Shown here piece after piece: positions 1 to 8,911 of a DNA stretch of 64,000 bases (the stretch's first letter is position 1; every line of letters starts with the position of its first letter). The translations under genes and the position numbers were made by a program. The notes below the pieces were generated by a model that worked only from the letters and a program-made list of their open reading frames with translations, searched no databases and was not told the origin of the DNA. The DNA lies in contig OY761159.2 of the NCBI GenBank assembly GCA_963664395.2, positions 2,976,001 through 3,040,000 on the forward strand, in the 5' to 3' direction. This DNA is from Candidatus Binatia bacterium (lineage in GTDB: Bacteria > Desulfobacterota > Binatia > Bin18).

Positions 1-148
1 ACAGAACAGTCTTTCCTCCCTCTCCTCTTGCCGCCTTCCTTGACCGGACACTGAAAAGCAAGTACTTTTCGACCGCGTTACACCCCGGTTTCACGGATAG
101 GTTTCAGGTGGAATCCTGCACCTATTTGCACATAAAGGAGGGAAGCAT

Positions 149-1969
149 ATGCACAGATATTGGTTGCAGGGAATCCTCATGGGCGTGTGTTGTCTGACGC
201 TGCTGTGCGTCCCCCACCGCGCACAGGCGGTCGGCGGGCGGGCGGATACCCAGCCCGAACCCGCCAAAAATCAGCCGGCCACACCGGCGGCGAAACCGGC
301 AGCCTCCGCCAAACCTGCCGCAGCCAGCCCGGCCACGAACGGCGGCCTCGACGGCTATACCTTTCACGCCATCACCCAGGACCACCTGCTCAAAGGGACG
401 GACGACCCGGCCTATTGGCTGATGTACGGTGGCAATTACGCCGGTTGGCGGTTCAGCCCACTCACGGACATTAACCGCGATAATGTCAAGAACATGAAAG
501 CGGCCTGGATGTTCCAGACCGGTATCCCGGCCCAAATGCAGGCCTCGCCTATTGTTGCCGACGGCATTCTCTATCTGACTGCCGCCTATAACCACCTCTT
601 TGCCCTCAATGCGGTCACGGGCGAGCTACTGTGGCGCTATGAACACAAGTTGCCGGACGACATGCGCGTGTGTTGCGGGCCGTCGAATAAAGGGGCGGCT
701 ATTGCGGGCGATAAAATTTTTATGGCAACCCTTGATGCCCATGTGGTTGCCCTGAATCGCAAAACTGGTGAGGTCATCTGGAACACTGAGATGGACCGCT
801 ATTCCGACGGATTCAGCGCTACTGTTGCTCCACTCGTTGTCCGGGACAATCTGATCGTTGGCATTGCGGGGGGAGAGTACGGCGTGCGCGGCTATATCGA
901 TTCCTATGATATCAATACTGGCGAACGGAAGTGGCGTCGCTACACCATCCCGGAAGCCGGCGAGCCGGGCGCTGAGACTTGGGCCGGTGACTCCTGGAAA
1001 CATGGGGGTGCCCCAACCTGGGTAACGGGGTCATACGACCCTGATGAAGATTTGCTGTATTGGGCGACGGGCAACACTGCGCCGGATTGGAACGGTGATG
1101 TCCGCAAAGGCGATAACCTCTACGCGGATTCGGTGCTGGCCCTTGACCCTGATACTGGTGAGATCAAATGGTACTTCCAGTTCACGCCCCACGATATCTG
1201 GGACTATGACGGCAATACCGATCTGTTTCTGGTCAATATTGAGCGCAGTGGCGAGACGGTCAAAGCCTTGGCCCAGCCGAACCGAAACGGCTATATGTAT
1301 GTATTGGACCGCACCTCGGGCAAATACCTGCACGGCACCCAATACGTCGACAAGCTGAATTGGTCAAAAGGTCTGGATGAGTCCGGCCGGCCGATTGTTG
1401 ACCCGCAGTTCGTTCCCACCGCAGAAGGCAAAGAATTTATCTGTCCCGGTTCCGTTGGTGGAAAAAACGGCTCGTACACGGCCGCCTACAGCCCGCTGAC
1501 CAAGCTGATGTATGTCCCTGTGGTGGAAAGCTGCTGGCAGATGGAGAAGTCAACCTCCATCTTTATCAAAGGCATCCCCTTCTGGGGCGGTGGACCCGGA
1601 AAAACCCAGGGCGATGATGGCTCATCCTACGGTCATCTGTCTGCCATTGACCCCTCCACCGGCGAGATCAAATGGCGCTATCAAGATGAATATCCCATGA
1701 TGGGTGGTGCCCTCACGACTGCCGGTGGTCTGGTATTTTCCGGTAACCTTGAAGGCTACGCCTTGGCCTTTGATGATTCGACCGGCGAGCTGTTATGGAA
1801 ATTCCAGACCGGCTCATCCATGCGCGCTCAGCCCATCACCTATAAGGCTGAGGGGCGGCAATATGTAGCCATCCCAAGTGGCGGCGGTGGTTTGGCCGTC
1901 ACCCTGGTTGGCGAGCCACCGCTGACGAGTAAAGGCAGCGCGTTGCTTGTGTTTGCCTTACCGGAGTAA
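149..1969 (+). CDS. PQQ-dependent alcohol dehydrogenase (type I, methanol/ethanol family), probably lanthanide-dependent
   Basis: RBS GGAGG; signal peptide and Pro/Ala/Lys linker; vicinal cysteines VCCGPSNKG; GGEYGVRG; TGNTAP; HDIWDYDG; Trp-docking propeller repeats (TGELLW, TGEIKW); no C-terminal cytochrome domain. Confidence 0.93.
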   Translation: MHRYWLQGILMGVCCLTLLCVPHRAQAVGGRADTQPEPAKNQPATPAAKPAASAKPAAASPATNGGLDGYTFHAITQDHLLKGTDDPAYWLMYGGNYAGWRFSPLTDINRDNVKNMKAAWMFQTGIPAQMQASPIVADGILYLTAAYNHLFALNAVTGELLWRYEHKLPDDMRVCCGPSNKGAAIAGDKIFMATLDAHVVALNRKTGEVIWNTEMDRYSDGFSATVAPLVVRDNLIVGIAGGEYGVRGYIDSYDINTGERKWRRYTIPEAGEPGAETWAGDSWKHGGAPTWVTGSYDPDEDLLYWATGNTAPDWNGDVRKGDNLYADSVLALDPDTGEIKWYFQFTPHDIWDYDGNTDLFLVNIERSGETVKALAQPNRNGYMYVLDRTSGKYLHGTQYVDKLNWSKGLDESGRPIVDPQFVPTAEGKEFICPGSVGGKNGSYTAAYSPLTKLMYVPVVESCWQMEKSTSIFIKGIPFWGGGPGKTQGDDGSSYGHLSAIDPSTGEIKWRYQDEYPMMGGALTTAGGLVFSGNLEGYALAFDDSTGELLWKFQTGSSMRAQPITYKAEGRQYVAIPSGGGGLAVTLVGEPPLTSKGSALLVFALPE

Positions 1970-1988
1970 ACCGGTGGAGTACGCTAGC

Positions 1989-2909
1989 ATGAGGCCGCTG
2001 TATTCTGCGATTCGTAGCTCTTGGGTTGCCCCTGAAGTGACTGCTTGGACAAAACGTACGCGAGGCGCTGTCGTTCCAGTACTCGGTTTTTTATCTTTTC
2101 TCTTTTTCCTGGCCCTGCCGGTGCAGCTCTCCGCGCAGGACGGGGCTCAACTCCGGGTATGCTTTCTGGGCAATAATCTTCCATTTTCTTCTCAGCAGGG
2201 AGAGCACGGATTCGACGTTGACGTGGCGCAGGCTATTGCCAGGACAATGGGGCGCAGGCTGGTCCCTGTCTGGGTCAAAAATGACGAGCGTATAACCGAG
2301 GTTGATGAGAGTGACTTCCCGCTACGGCGGTTATCAAAAAACGACTGTGACGCTATTTTGAGCGTGCCCGGCCGAGATGCCGTGCGCGAGGCCAGCAACG
2401 TGACGGTCGGCAACGCCTACTACGGGGCCGCTTTCGAGCTTCTGGGGCGTGCGGGCCAGACGCCGGCGTCCTTGCACGACATTGAGCACCAGGTCGTTGC
2501 GGTCCAAGCCCAAACGATTGCCAGCTTTATTCTGGAGTCTCTCAAGATTTCGATGCAGACCTTTTTCTCAACCGAGGAGTCCCTGGCTGCGGTGACAACG
2601 GGAGGCGCACAGTTGGCCTTTGTCTGGGGTCCGACCGCGGGCTGGTATGCGAAGCAGAACCCTGAGGCGAATCTTACGTTTGCCACGGCTGAGCCGATCT
2701 CAGTGGCGCGCTGGAACGAACACGCTGCCACCCGCACAGAAGACAAAGCGCTCCGCACAGCAATAGATGCGGCCCTGACACAGCTAAGAAAGAGCGGAGA
2801 ACTCAAGACCATAGCGGGGCGGTATGGCGTACCGTTGTATCCTCCATTCGAGAAAACCTATGACGTAATGGAGATGTTTCGACTCTCACGGGAAGCCGCA
2901 AAGAAATGA
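1989..2909 (+). CDS. XoxJ/MxaJ-like periplasmic substrate-binding protein associated with the quinoprotein dehydrogenase
   Basis: Hydrophobic signal; LRVC..NNLPFS...GFDVDVAQAIA; AFVWGPTAGW; directly after the PQQ enzyme; ATG 1989 preceded by GGAG. Confidence 0.82.
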   Translation: MRPLYSAIRSSWVAPEVTAWTKRTRGAVVPVLGFLSFLFFLALPVQLSAQDGAQLRVCFLGNNLPFSSQQGEHGFDVDVAQAIARTMGRRLVPVWVKNDERITEVDESDFPLRRLSKNDCDAILSVPGRDAVREASNVTVGNAYYGAAFELLGRAGQTPASLHDIEHQVVAVQAQTIASFILESLKISMQTFFSTEESLAAVTTGGAQLAFVWGPTAGWYAKQNPEANLTFATAEPISVARWNEHAATRTEDKALRTAIDAALTQLRKSGELKTIAGRYGVPLYPPFEKTYDVMEMFRLSREAAKK

Positions 2910-3325
2910 GGAGGTCTATGAAACGCGCGTATGGTGTTCTGCTGGTCAGTCTGCTGATGTGTCTCCCTGCAATCGGGCTGGCTGCTGAGGCGGTGAAGAA
3001 TCCTGTTGCTGGCGATGCGGCGGCAATTGCTGAGGGCGAGCTCCTCTTTCAGGCGGTATGTTCCGGCTATTGTCATGTGAAAGCGGACGCCGACCGGGAC
3101 GGCAAATGTCCCAATTTGTTCGACTGCGACTGGGCGAACGGCTCAGGGACTGACGCAGAAATGTTCAAGGTCGTCAGCGAGGGTGTACCAAAGACTGAGA
3201 TGATCGGCTTTGCCGGACAACTGCCTGATGACATGCTCTGGCAAATTTTGGCCTATGTACGATCCGCCTCGAAGTGTGAAGCCGTCCCTGAATCCGAGGC
3301 CGCGGCAGTGCCGGCCCACAAGTAA
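2906..3325 (+). CDS. c-type cytochrome (XoxG-like electron acceptor) with atypical CX3CH motif
   Basis: Signal peptide; NPVAGDAAAIAEGELLF; CSGYCH; EGVPKTEM candidate axial Met; WQILAYVRS; ATGA overlap with upstream gene (second ATG at 2918 also possible). Confidence 0.85.
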   Translation: MRRSMKRAYGVLLVSLLMCLPAIGLAAEAVKNPVAGDAAAIAEGELLFQAVCSGYCHVKADADRDGKCPNLFDCDWANGSGTDAEMFKVVSEGVPKTEMIGFAGQLPDDMLWQILAYVRSASKCEAVPESEAAAVPAHK

Positions 3326-3338
3326 GGAGTATTCGCTC

Positions 3339-4304
3339 ATGAAAACACGCAACCCGCTGTCTATGTTTCTCGCCGGCCTGCCTCTGCTGGCGTGTCTGGC
3401 TTCAGCGCCGGTGTCCGCCCAACCGTTCGCCTACGTCACGCACGAGGAGTCGAACGATGTGTGGGTGATCGATACGCACACGGATGCGGTCGTGGCCAAA
3501 GTACCGGTCGGCGAACGTCCGCGCGGAGTGCTGGTCTCGGCTGATGGCACGCAGGTGTATGTCGCCAACGGTAACTCTGACGATATTTCGGTCATCGATG
3601 CGACAACCAATACGGTCGTGGAGACCTTTCCGGTCGGCATCGATCCCGAGGGGATCGACCTCAGCAACGACGAAAAACTGCTGTTCGTCGTGAATGAGAA
3701 CGAAGGCGTGATGCGCGTCGTCGATCTGGCAAGCAAGGAGGTGGTTGCCACCGTCCAGGCCGGCATAGAGCCGGAAACCGTGGTTCTCTCGCCCAACGGC
3801 AAGCTGGCCTTTGTGCCGAATGAGACTTCGCATGACGTGACAGTCATTGACACTCAAACCTATAAAGTCCTCAGTTCGATCAAGGTCGGCGAGAATCCAC
3901 GCGGCGTGGCCTTCATGCCGGACGGGAAAACCGCCTATGTGAGCAGTGAGCGGAGTAACACCGTCTCGGTGATCGATACCGAAAAACTGGCCGTGACCGA
4001 GACGATCAGCATGGGCGAACGCCCGGTCGGCATCTCGGTGCTGCCCGATGGCTCGAAGATCTATGTCGTACACGGTCGGACCAACGATGTGCGGGTGATC
4101 GACCCGGCTACCAACACGGTGACCAAGACCATCGCCCTGGGCGGCAAGCGCTGCTGGTGGTCGGCCCTGACCCCGGACGGCAAAAAACTCTACGCCACCA
4201 TGGGCCGCTCCGACGGCGTGGCGGTGATCGATACCGCTACCGATACGCTGCTCAAGACGATTGCGGTCGGGCAGGTCCCCTGGGGCGTGGCGATCACGCC
4301 GTAA
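3339..4304 (+). CDS. YVTN-type beta-propeller repeat protein (PQQ-catabolism associated)
   Basis: RBS AAGGAG; signal peptide; about seven ~42-aa repeats AYVT...VxVID...VGxxPxG. Confidence 0.9.
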   Translation: MKTRNPLSMFLAGLPLLACLASAPVSAQPFAYVTHEESNDVWVIDTHTDAVVAKVPVGERPRGVLVSADGTQVYVANGNSDDISVIDATTNTVVETFPVGIDPEGIDLSNDEKLLFVVNENEGVMRVVDLASKEVVATVQAGIEPETVVLSPNGKLAFVPNETSHDVTVIDTQTYKVLSSIKVGENPRGVAFMPDGKTAYVSSERSNTVSVIDTEKLAVTETISMGERPVGISVLPDGSKIYVVHGRTNDVRVIDPATNTVTKTIALGGKRCWWSALTPDGKKLYATMGRSDGVAVIDTATDTLLKTIAVGQVPWGVAITP

Positions 4305-4312
4305 ATCCTTCC

Positions 4313-5143
4313 TCAGAAGCGCCAGACCAACAGGAATTGGGGCAGGCTTTCGTCGTTCTTGGTGCCCAGCTTATTCCACCAGTACTGGTACTCCATACCG
4401 ACAAAAAGCCGGCCCGCACCACCGTTCAGCAGCTTGCCCAGGTCCAGGCGGAACTGCGGCTGGGTCAGAAACCAGCTTTTGACATGCTTGCCGAACTCGT
4501 CGGTCCGGCTGTGTGTGTACTCGGCATAGCCTTCGATCGAGAAATCCAGATTGCCGATACTGAAGGGATAGGCCCAGTTGAGGTTGAACATGAAGCTGTC
4601 GGTCTGTTTGGGAGCGCCTCCGCGCGAGACGCCTCGACTATCGTCAATATAGGCGGTCAGGTCGGTATTCAGAAAAGCAAAACCCGGCAGGTCCCAGGAG
4701 GTACGCAGGCCGGGCAGATATTTGATGACCTTGGCGTCCACACTGACATTGAGGCCGACGAGCAGGGAGAAGTCTTTGATCGGCCCGATTCCGAGCTTTT
4801 TGTGTGTCAGCTTGCCGAGGCTCAGGCTCGGAAACCACTCGAAGTACAAGTCGGTGTCGTTGAAGCCGTCACCCTCGACGTCTTCGATGAAGTCAGCAAA
4901 AAAGAAACTCTCCCCGTATTTCCAGCCCAGGGCGTTCTGCAAGGTCAGGATGAAGGTATTCTCATTGGCGTCCGAAAACGGGTTCTCAATATGGCCGTAC
5001 TGAAAATGCAGTTCGGTCGTACTCCAGTCAACAAGGGCCACGGCCGGCGAGGCCGTCAGCAAGGGTATAAGGGCTGAAACGCAGAGAAGGAGTTTGGGGG
5101 ATAACACACCGCTGCCGGTGTAACGATTGTGCAGGGAATGCAT
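4313..5143 (-). CDS. Tsx/OmpK-like outer membrane nucleoside channel
   Basis: WSTTELHFQYG, TLQNALGWKYGESFFFAD, TQPQFRLDLG, GMEYQYWWNKLG, C-terminal WRF; start codon uncertain. Confidence 0.8.
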   Translation of the reverse strand: MHSLHNRYTGSGVLSPKLLLCVSALIPLLTASPAVALVDWSTTELHFQYGHIENPFSDANENTFILTLQNALGWKYGESFFFADFIEDVEGDGFNDTDLYFEWFPSLSLGKLTHKKLGIGPIKDFSLLVGLNVSVDAKVIKYLPGLRTSWDLPGFAFLNTDLTAYIDDSRGVSRGGAPKQTDSFMFNLNWAYPFSIGNLDFSIEGYAEYTHSRTDEFGKHVKSWFLTQPQFRLDLGKLLNGGAGRLFVGMEYQYWWNKLGTKNDESLPQFLLVWRF

Positions 5144-5167
5144 CGGCGGGAATGTTGGTACGCTACG

Positions 5168-5266
5168 CTAATCCAACCTATGGGACTTATAGAGTATGCG
5201 AGCGCGGGCGTGAAACGGTTCCGACTTGTGGTGGAGACACAGAAGCCCCGAGGTATCGAGGAGCAT
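5168..5266 (-). pseudogene. Truncated PIN-domain (VapC-like) toxin, N-terminal 32 codons only
   Basis: Manual translation MLLDTSGLLCLHHKSEPFHARARILYKSHRLD*; LDTS is the PIN first-strand motif; ATG overlaps the TGA of the upstream gene; ends in a REP-like sequence. Confidence 0.7.
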
Positions 5267-5568
5267 CAATTGTCCTCATGAGTAGCGGCATACTCTCCAG
5301 CCAGGTCGGCCTCAACCTGTTCGTTATCGACTCCCGTCGGGTAGCCGAGGTCAACTGCTCCGAAGTGGCGCTCAAAGCGTTCCCGCGCCGCCTGTTGCTC
5401 TGCTTCGGTTTGCCGCGTACGAGAGCTATGCCCTTCGTGGCCCCCTTGATATCGCTGCTCAAGAGTGGCGGCGATCCAACGCGCTGGCGACGTACCGGCG
5501 GTCTCTGCTTGGCGGCAAATCACACGGTAGACTTCATCGCTCAGTTTAAGAGTCAGCGTTTGGCTCAT
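5266..5568 (-). CDS. Ribbon-helix-helix antitoxin-like protein
   Basis: MSQTLTLKLSDEVYRVICRQAE RHH-like N-terminus; C-terminal FERHFG...DNEQVEADLAGEY; coupled to the PIN fragment. Confidence 0.7.
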   Translation of the reverse strand: MSQTLTLKLSDEVYRVICRQAETAGTSPARWIAATLEQRYQGGHEGHSSRTRQTEAEQQAARERFERHFGAVDLGYPTGVDNEQVEADLAGEYAATHEDN

Positions 5569-5579
5569 TTCTTCCCTCT

Positions 5580-5783
5580 TTATTCAACCCGCCATGCTGC
5601 ATATGCCAGCGCTTCACGAATGTCGTCTTCCTCCAAATACGGATATGCCTCCAGGATATGTGCGGAGGAATGCCCTGCGGCAAGCAAGCCCACTACAGTC
5701 CCGACTGTCACACGTAAACCCCGAATGCAGGGTTTCCCGCCCATGACCGCCAGGTCAAGGGTAATACGTGTTAGGGGTTTCAT
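5580..5783 (-). CDS. DUF433 family protein (antitoxin-like)
   Basis: RITLDLAVMGGKPCIRGLRVTV...YPYLEEDDIREALAYAA signature. Confidence 0.9.
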   Translation of the reverse strand: MKPLTRITLDLAVMGGKPCIRGLRVTVGTVVGLLAAGHSSAHILEAYPYLEEDDIREALAYAAWRVE

Positions 5784-5819
5784 AATACTTACAACTCCAA
5801 TACAGCAACGCCATAGAGC

Positions 5820-6008
5820 CTACGTTCCTTTTCCACGACCTCCACCAGTCAAAACCCAGACCAGACCTCCTATTAGTAGTGTTCCCACTATCGTCACTGT
5901 TTCCAATACTCCCTTCTTCCTACGTTTTTCCTCTGATTGACAAGAAGGGCAGAGTTCTTCTCTCGGCTCCAAAGGACGCCCACATCCTGGCTTTGGACAA
6001 ACGTTCAT
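5820..6008 (-). CDS. Small zinc-ribbon protein with C-terminal transmembrane helix
   Basis: CPKPGC...CPSC, basic stretch, then VTIVGTLLIGGLVWVL; ATGA overlap with upstream ORF; GGAGGGG RBS. Confidence 0.7.
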   Translation of the reverse strand: MNVCPKPGCGRPLEPREELCPSCQSEEKRRKKGVLETVTIVGTLLIGGLVWVLTGGGRGKGT

Positions 6009-6970
6009 CGTTCCCCTCCTTCCAGCAACTCAACGGGTTTGACCTCTATCTCTATGCAATCGAGTTCATTGTCTGCAAAAAGATCGCATCTATCAATAAA
6101 CGAGCGTTCATTATCCAGGTAGGCTCGCAATGGCTGTTCAGGCAAATGTTCTCCCCGGGAGGGGACCAATCGTGCTTTTTTTACCGCCAACGCAATTCCA
6201 CTGTTGCTAAGCTTGGATATATTTTCCTTCAACATCGCCACGGCTGCCTGCGGCTCGTTTACTGTCGCATAACATTCTGCCAGAGTTTGAATTCCGATAA
6301 GGCAAGCTTGAAATGATTCTTCGACAAGTCTGAACTTCTCTTCTGCCTTTTTAGTTCTATCTTTGGTAAGAATTGGCCAATCATCTCCAAAAACCGGTTT
6401 GGGTTCGGGCATTTCCGCTATTTGCCTTTTTAACGACCTTGCTGTTTTTTCAATGCCTGTGTTTAACGTTTGGATAGCGTTCTCAATCATCCTTGACTGC
6501 CGTTCATTATCTTGTATCAGCATTGCTTGCTTGTACTGACTTACGCCTGAATAAATTTCGGATATTCTATCGTCGTGAAGACCTCCGATTATTCTGTGTA
6601 TCTCCTGCTCTACACGATTCAGCTGTAGGGCTATGCTTATTAGAAGGATTTGAGAGCCTATTGCTGTAGCGCACTTGACAAGAGATGACCCAACGACCCG
6701 TAATTTGGCGTGCTGCACAATCTTCCCATCTTTATAGAACACACCTTTCAGATTGCCGGCGGTATCTCTATAGAGTTTCCCTCTTTCTGGAGAGCAGACA
6801 ATTTTATACACGGCATCTGGATTCAAAGTCCTTACAATCTCAGGAATACCGGACAGACAACGTAATTCACTTAAAACGGTTTCTCTATTCTTCCGAAAAA
6901 TCTTGGTTTGGAAATCCGAGTTTGGTCCAAGGTCAGGTGGGATGGAGGGTATTGTTAGGATTTTTGTCAT
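6005..6970 (-). CDS. Hypothetical protein, helical/coiled-coil with one hydrophobic segment
   Basis: 321-codon ORF in an AT-richer segment; ATAIGSQILLISIALQL followed by amphipathic helices; coupled to the downstream small gene. Confidence 0.7.
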   Translation of the reverse strand: MTKILTIPSIPPDLGPNSDFQTKIFRKNRETVLSELRCLSGIPEIVRTLNPDAVYKIVCSPERGKLYRDTAGNLKGVFYKDGKIVQHAKLRVVGSSLVKCATAIGSQILLISIALQLNRVEQEIHRIIGGLHDDRISEIYSGVSQYKQAMLIQDNERQSRMIENAIQTLNTGIEKTARSLKRQIAEMPEPKPVFGDDWPILTKDRTKKAEEKFRLVEESFQACLIGIQTLAECYATVNEPQAAVAMLKENISKLSNSGIALAVKKARLVPSRGEHLPEQPLRAYLDNERSFIDRCDLFADNELDCIEIEVKPVELLEGGER

Positions 6971-7050
6971 TGTCTCTCTGCCTGTTGGTCCGTAATCTGA
7001 ATTGTGCTCTCTCCCAGATATGCCCTAGGTCTATTTTTCACATCCTCGAG

Positions 7051-7698
7051 CTAGGGTTTTCCCTCTCTCCAAATAATTCCCCCGCTTAAAAATCTTTGCT
7101 CTGCGTCTGTCATTTGTTGACTCTCTTTGGCCAGATTCCAGAACATGTGAAATACGTCTCTGTAAAAGCCTCTGGCATCAAGCGTCCATTGCTTCTCTGA
7201 CCCCGAAAGTCCTGGGGGTAACCAATCTGGCCGAGTCAGTGATCTTTCTATCTCTTCAATTTGATCGTTCTGGAGAGGATCTTTCCTGACCTGGATTTGA
7301 TAAGAAGATTTTCCGTGGACTCCAAGCGCGTGAGCAAAAGGGTTACGAAAGAGATCGTACAAGGCTTTGACTCCTTCAGTTCTGCTATCTCCTGGCTCCC
7401 AAGGATAGAAGTTTTTGAGCAGATGTTTGAAAGCCTCGCCTGAGCCGACCCATTTTGTCTTACCCTTGCGATCTCTCCAAGTAGGGTTCGAGGGCATGAA
7501 GATCGTCACTGAAATCCCACTGACAAGGCTGCACAGTCTATCTGTCGCGGCGAAATTACAGCCATGTTCTATGCCAAGCTCTGGAAGCGGAAGCCGCAGC
7601 ATAGCTCGAACATCTCCAAACTGCATGGAGAGATGGTCTCTAACAAAGGTAAAAACATGAGGATAGTTTTGGAGTTCTGGAATATCAGACAGCAGCAT
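7051..7698 (-). CDS. Hypothetical protein with HEPN-like R-x4-H motif
   Basis: GGGAG RBS; LYDLFRNPFAHALG; AT-richer composition; function inferred from the motif only. Confidence 0.6.
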   Translation of the reverse strand: MLLSDIPELQNYPHVFTFVRDHLSMQFGDVRAMLRLPLPELGIEHGCNFAATDRLCSLVSGISVTIFMPSNPTWRDRKGKTKWVGSGEAFKHLLKNFYPWEPGDSRTEGVKALYDLFRNPFAHALGVHGKSSYQIQVRKDPLQNDQIEEIERSLTRPDWLPPGLSGSEKQWTLDARGFYRDVFHMFWNLAKESQQMTDAEQRFLSGGIIWREGKP

Positions 7699-7771
7699 GC
7701 TGTGGGCTCCCTATTTGCGGATTGGCAACTCTTGAATACGCCTTTGTTCCGCTCCTTGTAGAGCGGCTTCG

Positions 7772-8028
7772 TCAAGCAGCGTACCGAACTCTTCGGTCAA
7801 ACGACTTGGGCAGGGCTTGGGCTGATTGACGTGGCATCTCAATCACGACGAAGTATTCCGCCGGGTATAGATAATCCTCTCCACTCTCATCAATAATTCG
7901 GATGTCGCCGTCCATAGCGGCATCTTCATCGGGCAGGATTCGGTAGGGTTTGTGGAGTTCGAGCGAGGCCAGATGGAGTTGTCTGCGCAGATAACAAACC
8001 GTGAACTCAAGGGTTGACGGGTTTTCAT
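7772..8028 (-). pseudogene. Frameshifted small conserved hypothetical protein
   Basis: Frame 1 MKTRQPLSSRFVICADNS; after a shift near 7975: LASLELHKPYRILPDEDAAMDGDIRIIDESGEDYLYPAEYFVVIEMP...YAA*; the DESGEDYLYP family motif is recognised from memory. Confidence 0.7.
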
Positions 8029-8071
8029 TGCGAAAGCCCGCCTTACCCGGATTGCCAACTGTTTCGGCGAC

Positions 8072-8395
8072 CTAGCTTTCGAGGGCGGCGCGCACGATGG
8101 GCTCAAGCTCGCCGCGGCTGTGCATTTCCTGGATGATGTCGCAGCCACCAACGAGCTCGCCATTCACATAGACCTGCGGAATAGTCGGCCAGTTTGAATA
8201 GCGCTTAATGCCGTCCCGCACCGCAGGGTCCTGCAACACATCGACGGTCTCGTACGGCACGCCCAGAGAATCGAAAATTTGGATGGTTGCGGCTGAGAAA
8301 CCACACATCGGGAAAGTCCGATTACCTTTCATATAGATGAGGACCTTATTGTTTTTTACCGTCTCATCAATGTGAGCGTGAACAGCATCTGCCAT
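8072..8395 (-). CDS. grxD: Monothiol glutaredoxin Grx4
   Basis: YMKG...PMCGFS active site, WPTIPQVYVNGELVGGCD. Confidence 0.96.
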   Translation of the reverse strand: MADAVHAHIDETVKNNKVLIYMKGNRTFPMCGFSAATIQIFDSLGVPYETVDVLQDPAVRDGIKRYSNWPTIPQVYVNGELVGGCDIIQEMHSRGELEPIVRAALES

Positions 8396-8448
8396 GTTTT
8401 CCTCCTCGTCACTGTTGTGACTTGTGTGAATGGTTGCGCGTCTTTTCG

Positions 8449-8754
8449 TTATGACTTGCTCGTTTCGATATTGACCAATCCCGAATTCTGCGCCTCAGCC
8501 TCGAATTCTTGGGGTGTCATTGTCTTGAGTGTCAAGGCATGAATGCGTTCGACCATGGCATCCTGGAGAGCACCGTACACTAATCGATGCCGGGCGACGG
8601 CATTCTTTCCGGCGAACTCTGCGGAAATAACAACGGCTTCGTAGTGATCGCCGCCACCGGTGTAATCGCGGATATGCACCTGCGCATCGGGTAGCGCCTC
8701 TATGATGCGGGACTGAATTTCGTCTACGGCAATGGGAGCCACGCCTTCTGGCAT
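8449..8754 (-). CDS. bolA: BolA/IbaG family protein
   Basis: GGGDHYEAVVISAEFAGK..VARHRLVY...IHALTLKT; adjacent to grxD. Confidence 0.93.
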   Translation of the reverse strand: MPEGVAPIAVDEIQSRIIEALPDAQVHIRDYTGGGDHYEAVVISAEFAGKNAVARHRLVYGALQDAMVERIHALTLKTMTPQEFEAEAQNSGLVNIETSKS

Positions 8755-8829
8755 TGTTGTAAACCTCCGGGTTTCATTCGGGTTTCATTCGAGCGGTTGC
8801 ACACGGTTGTGTGTAACGGGCGTTGACAC

Positions 8830-8859
8830 ATGCTATCTGAGCGCCTGGCTGTCTTGCAA
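8830..8859 (-). promoter_or_regulatory. Possible sigma70 promoter for bolA-grxD
   Basis: Minus strand TTGCAA-N18-TAGCAT upstream of bolA; an 11-bp direct repeat (CGGGTTTCATT x2, 8768-8789) lies in the leader. Confidence 0.35.
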
Positions 8860-8882
8860 GACCGCTTTTTGAGAGTCCTGAT

Positions 8883-8911
8883 AAAAAAGGGCACCGCTTG
8901 CTGGGTGCCCT
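8883..8911 (-). terminator. Intrinsic terminator after mini-protein gene 1
   Basis: Stem AGGGCACC/GGTGCCCT followed on the minus strand by a T run. Confidence 0.7.

Noticed and set aside
4157-5077. 306-aa plus-strand ORF
   Set aside because: Antisense shadow of the Tsx/OmpK-like gene; no recognisable motifs.
5152-5940. 262-aa plus-strand ORF
   Set aside because: Overlaps four minus-strand genes or fragments with recognisable features.
7843-8163. 106-aa ORF as a real gene
   Set aside because: Out-of-frame overlap with grxD; only its middle belongs to the frameshifted gene at 7772..8028.
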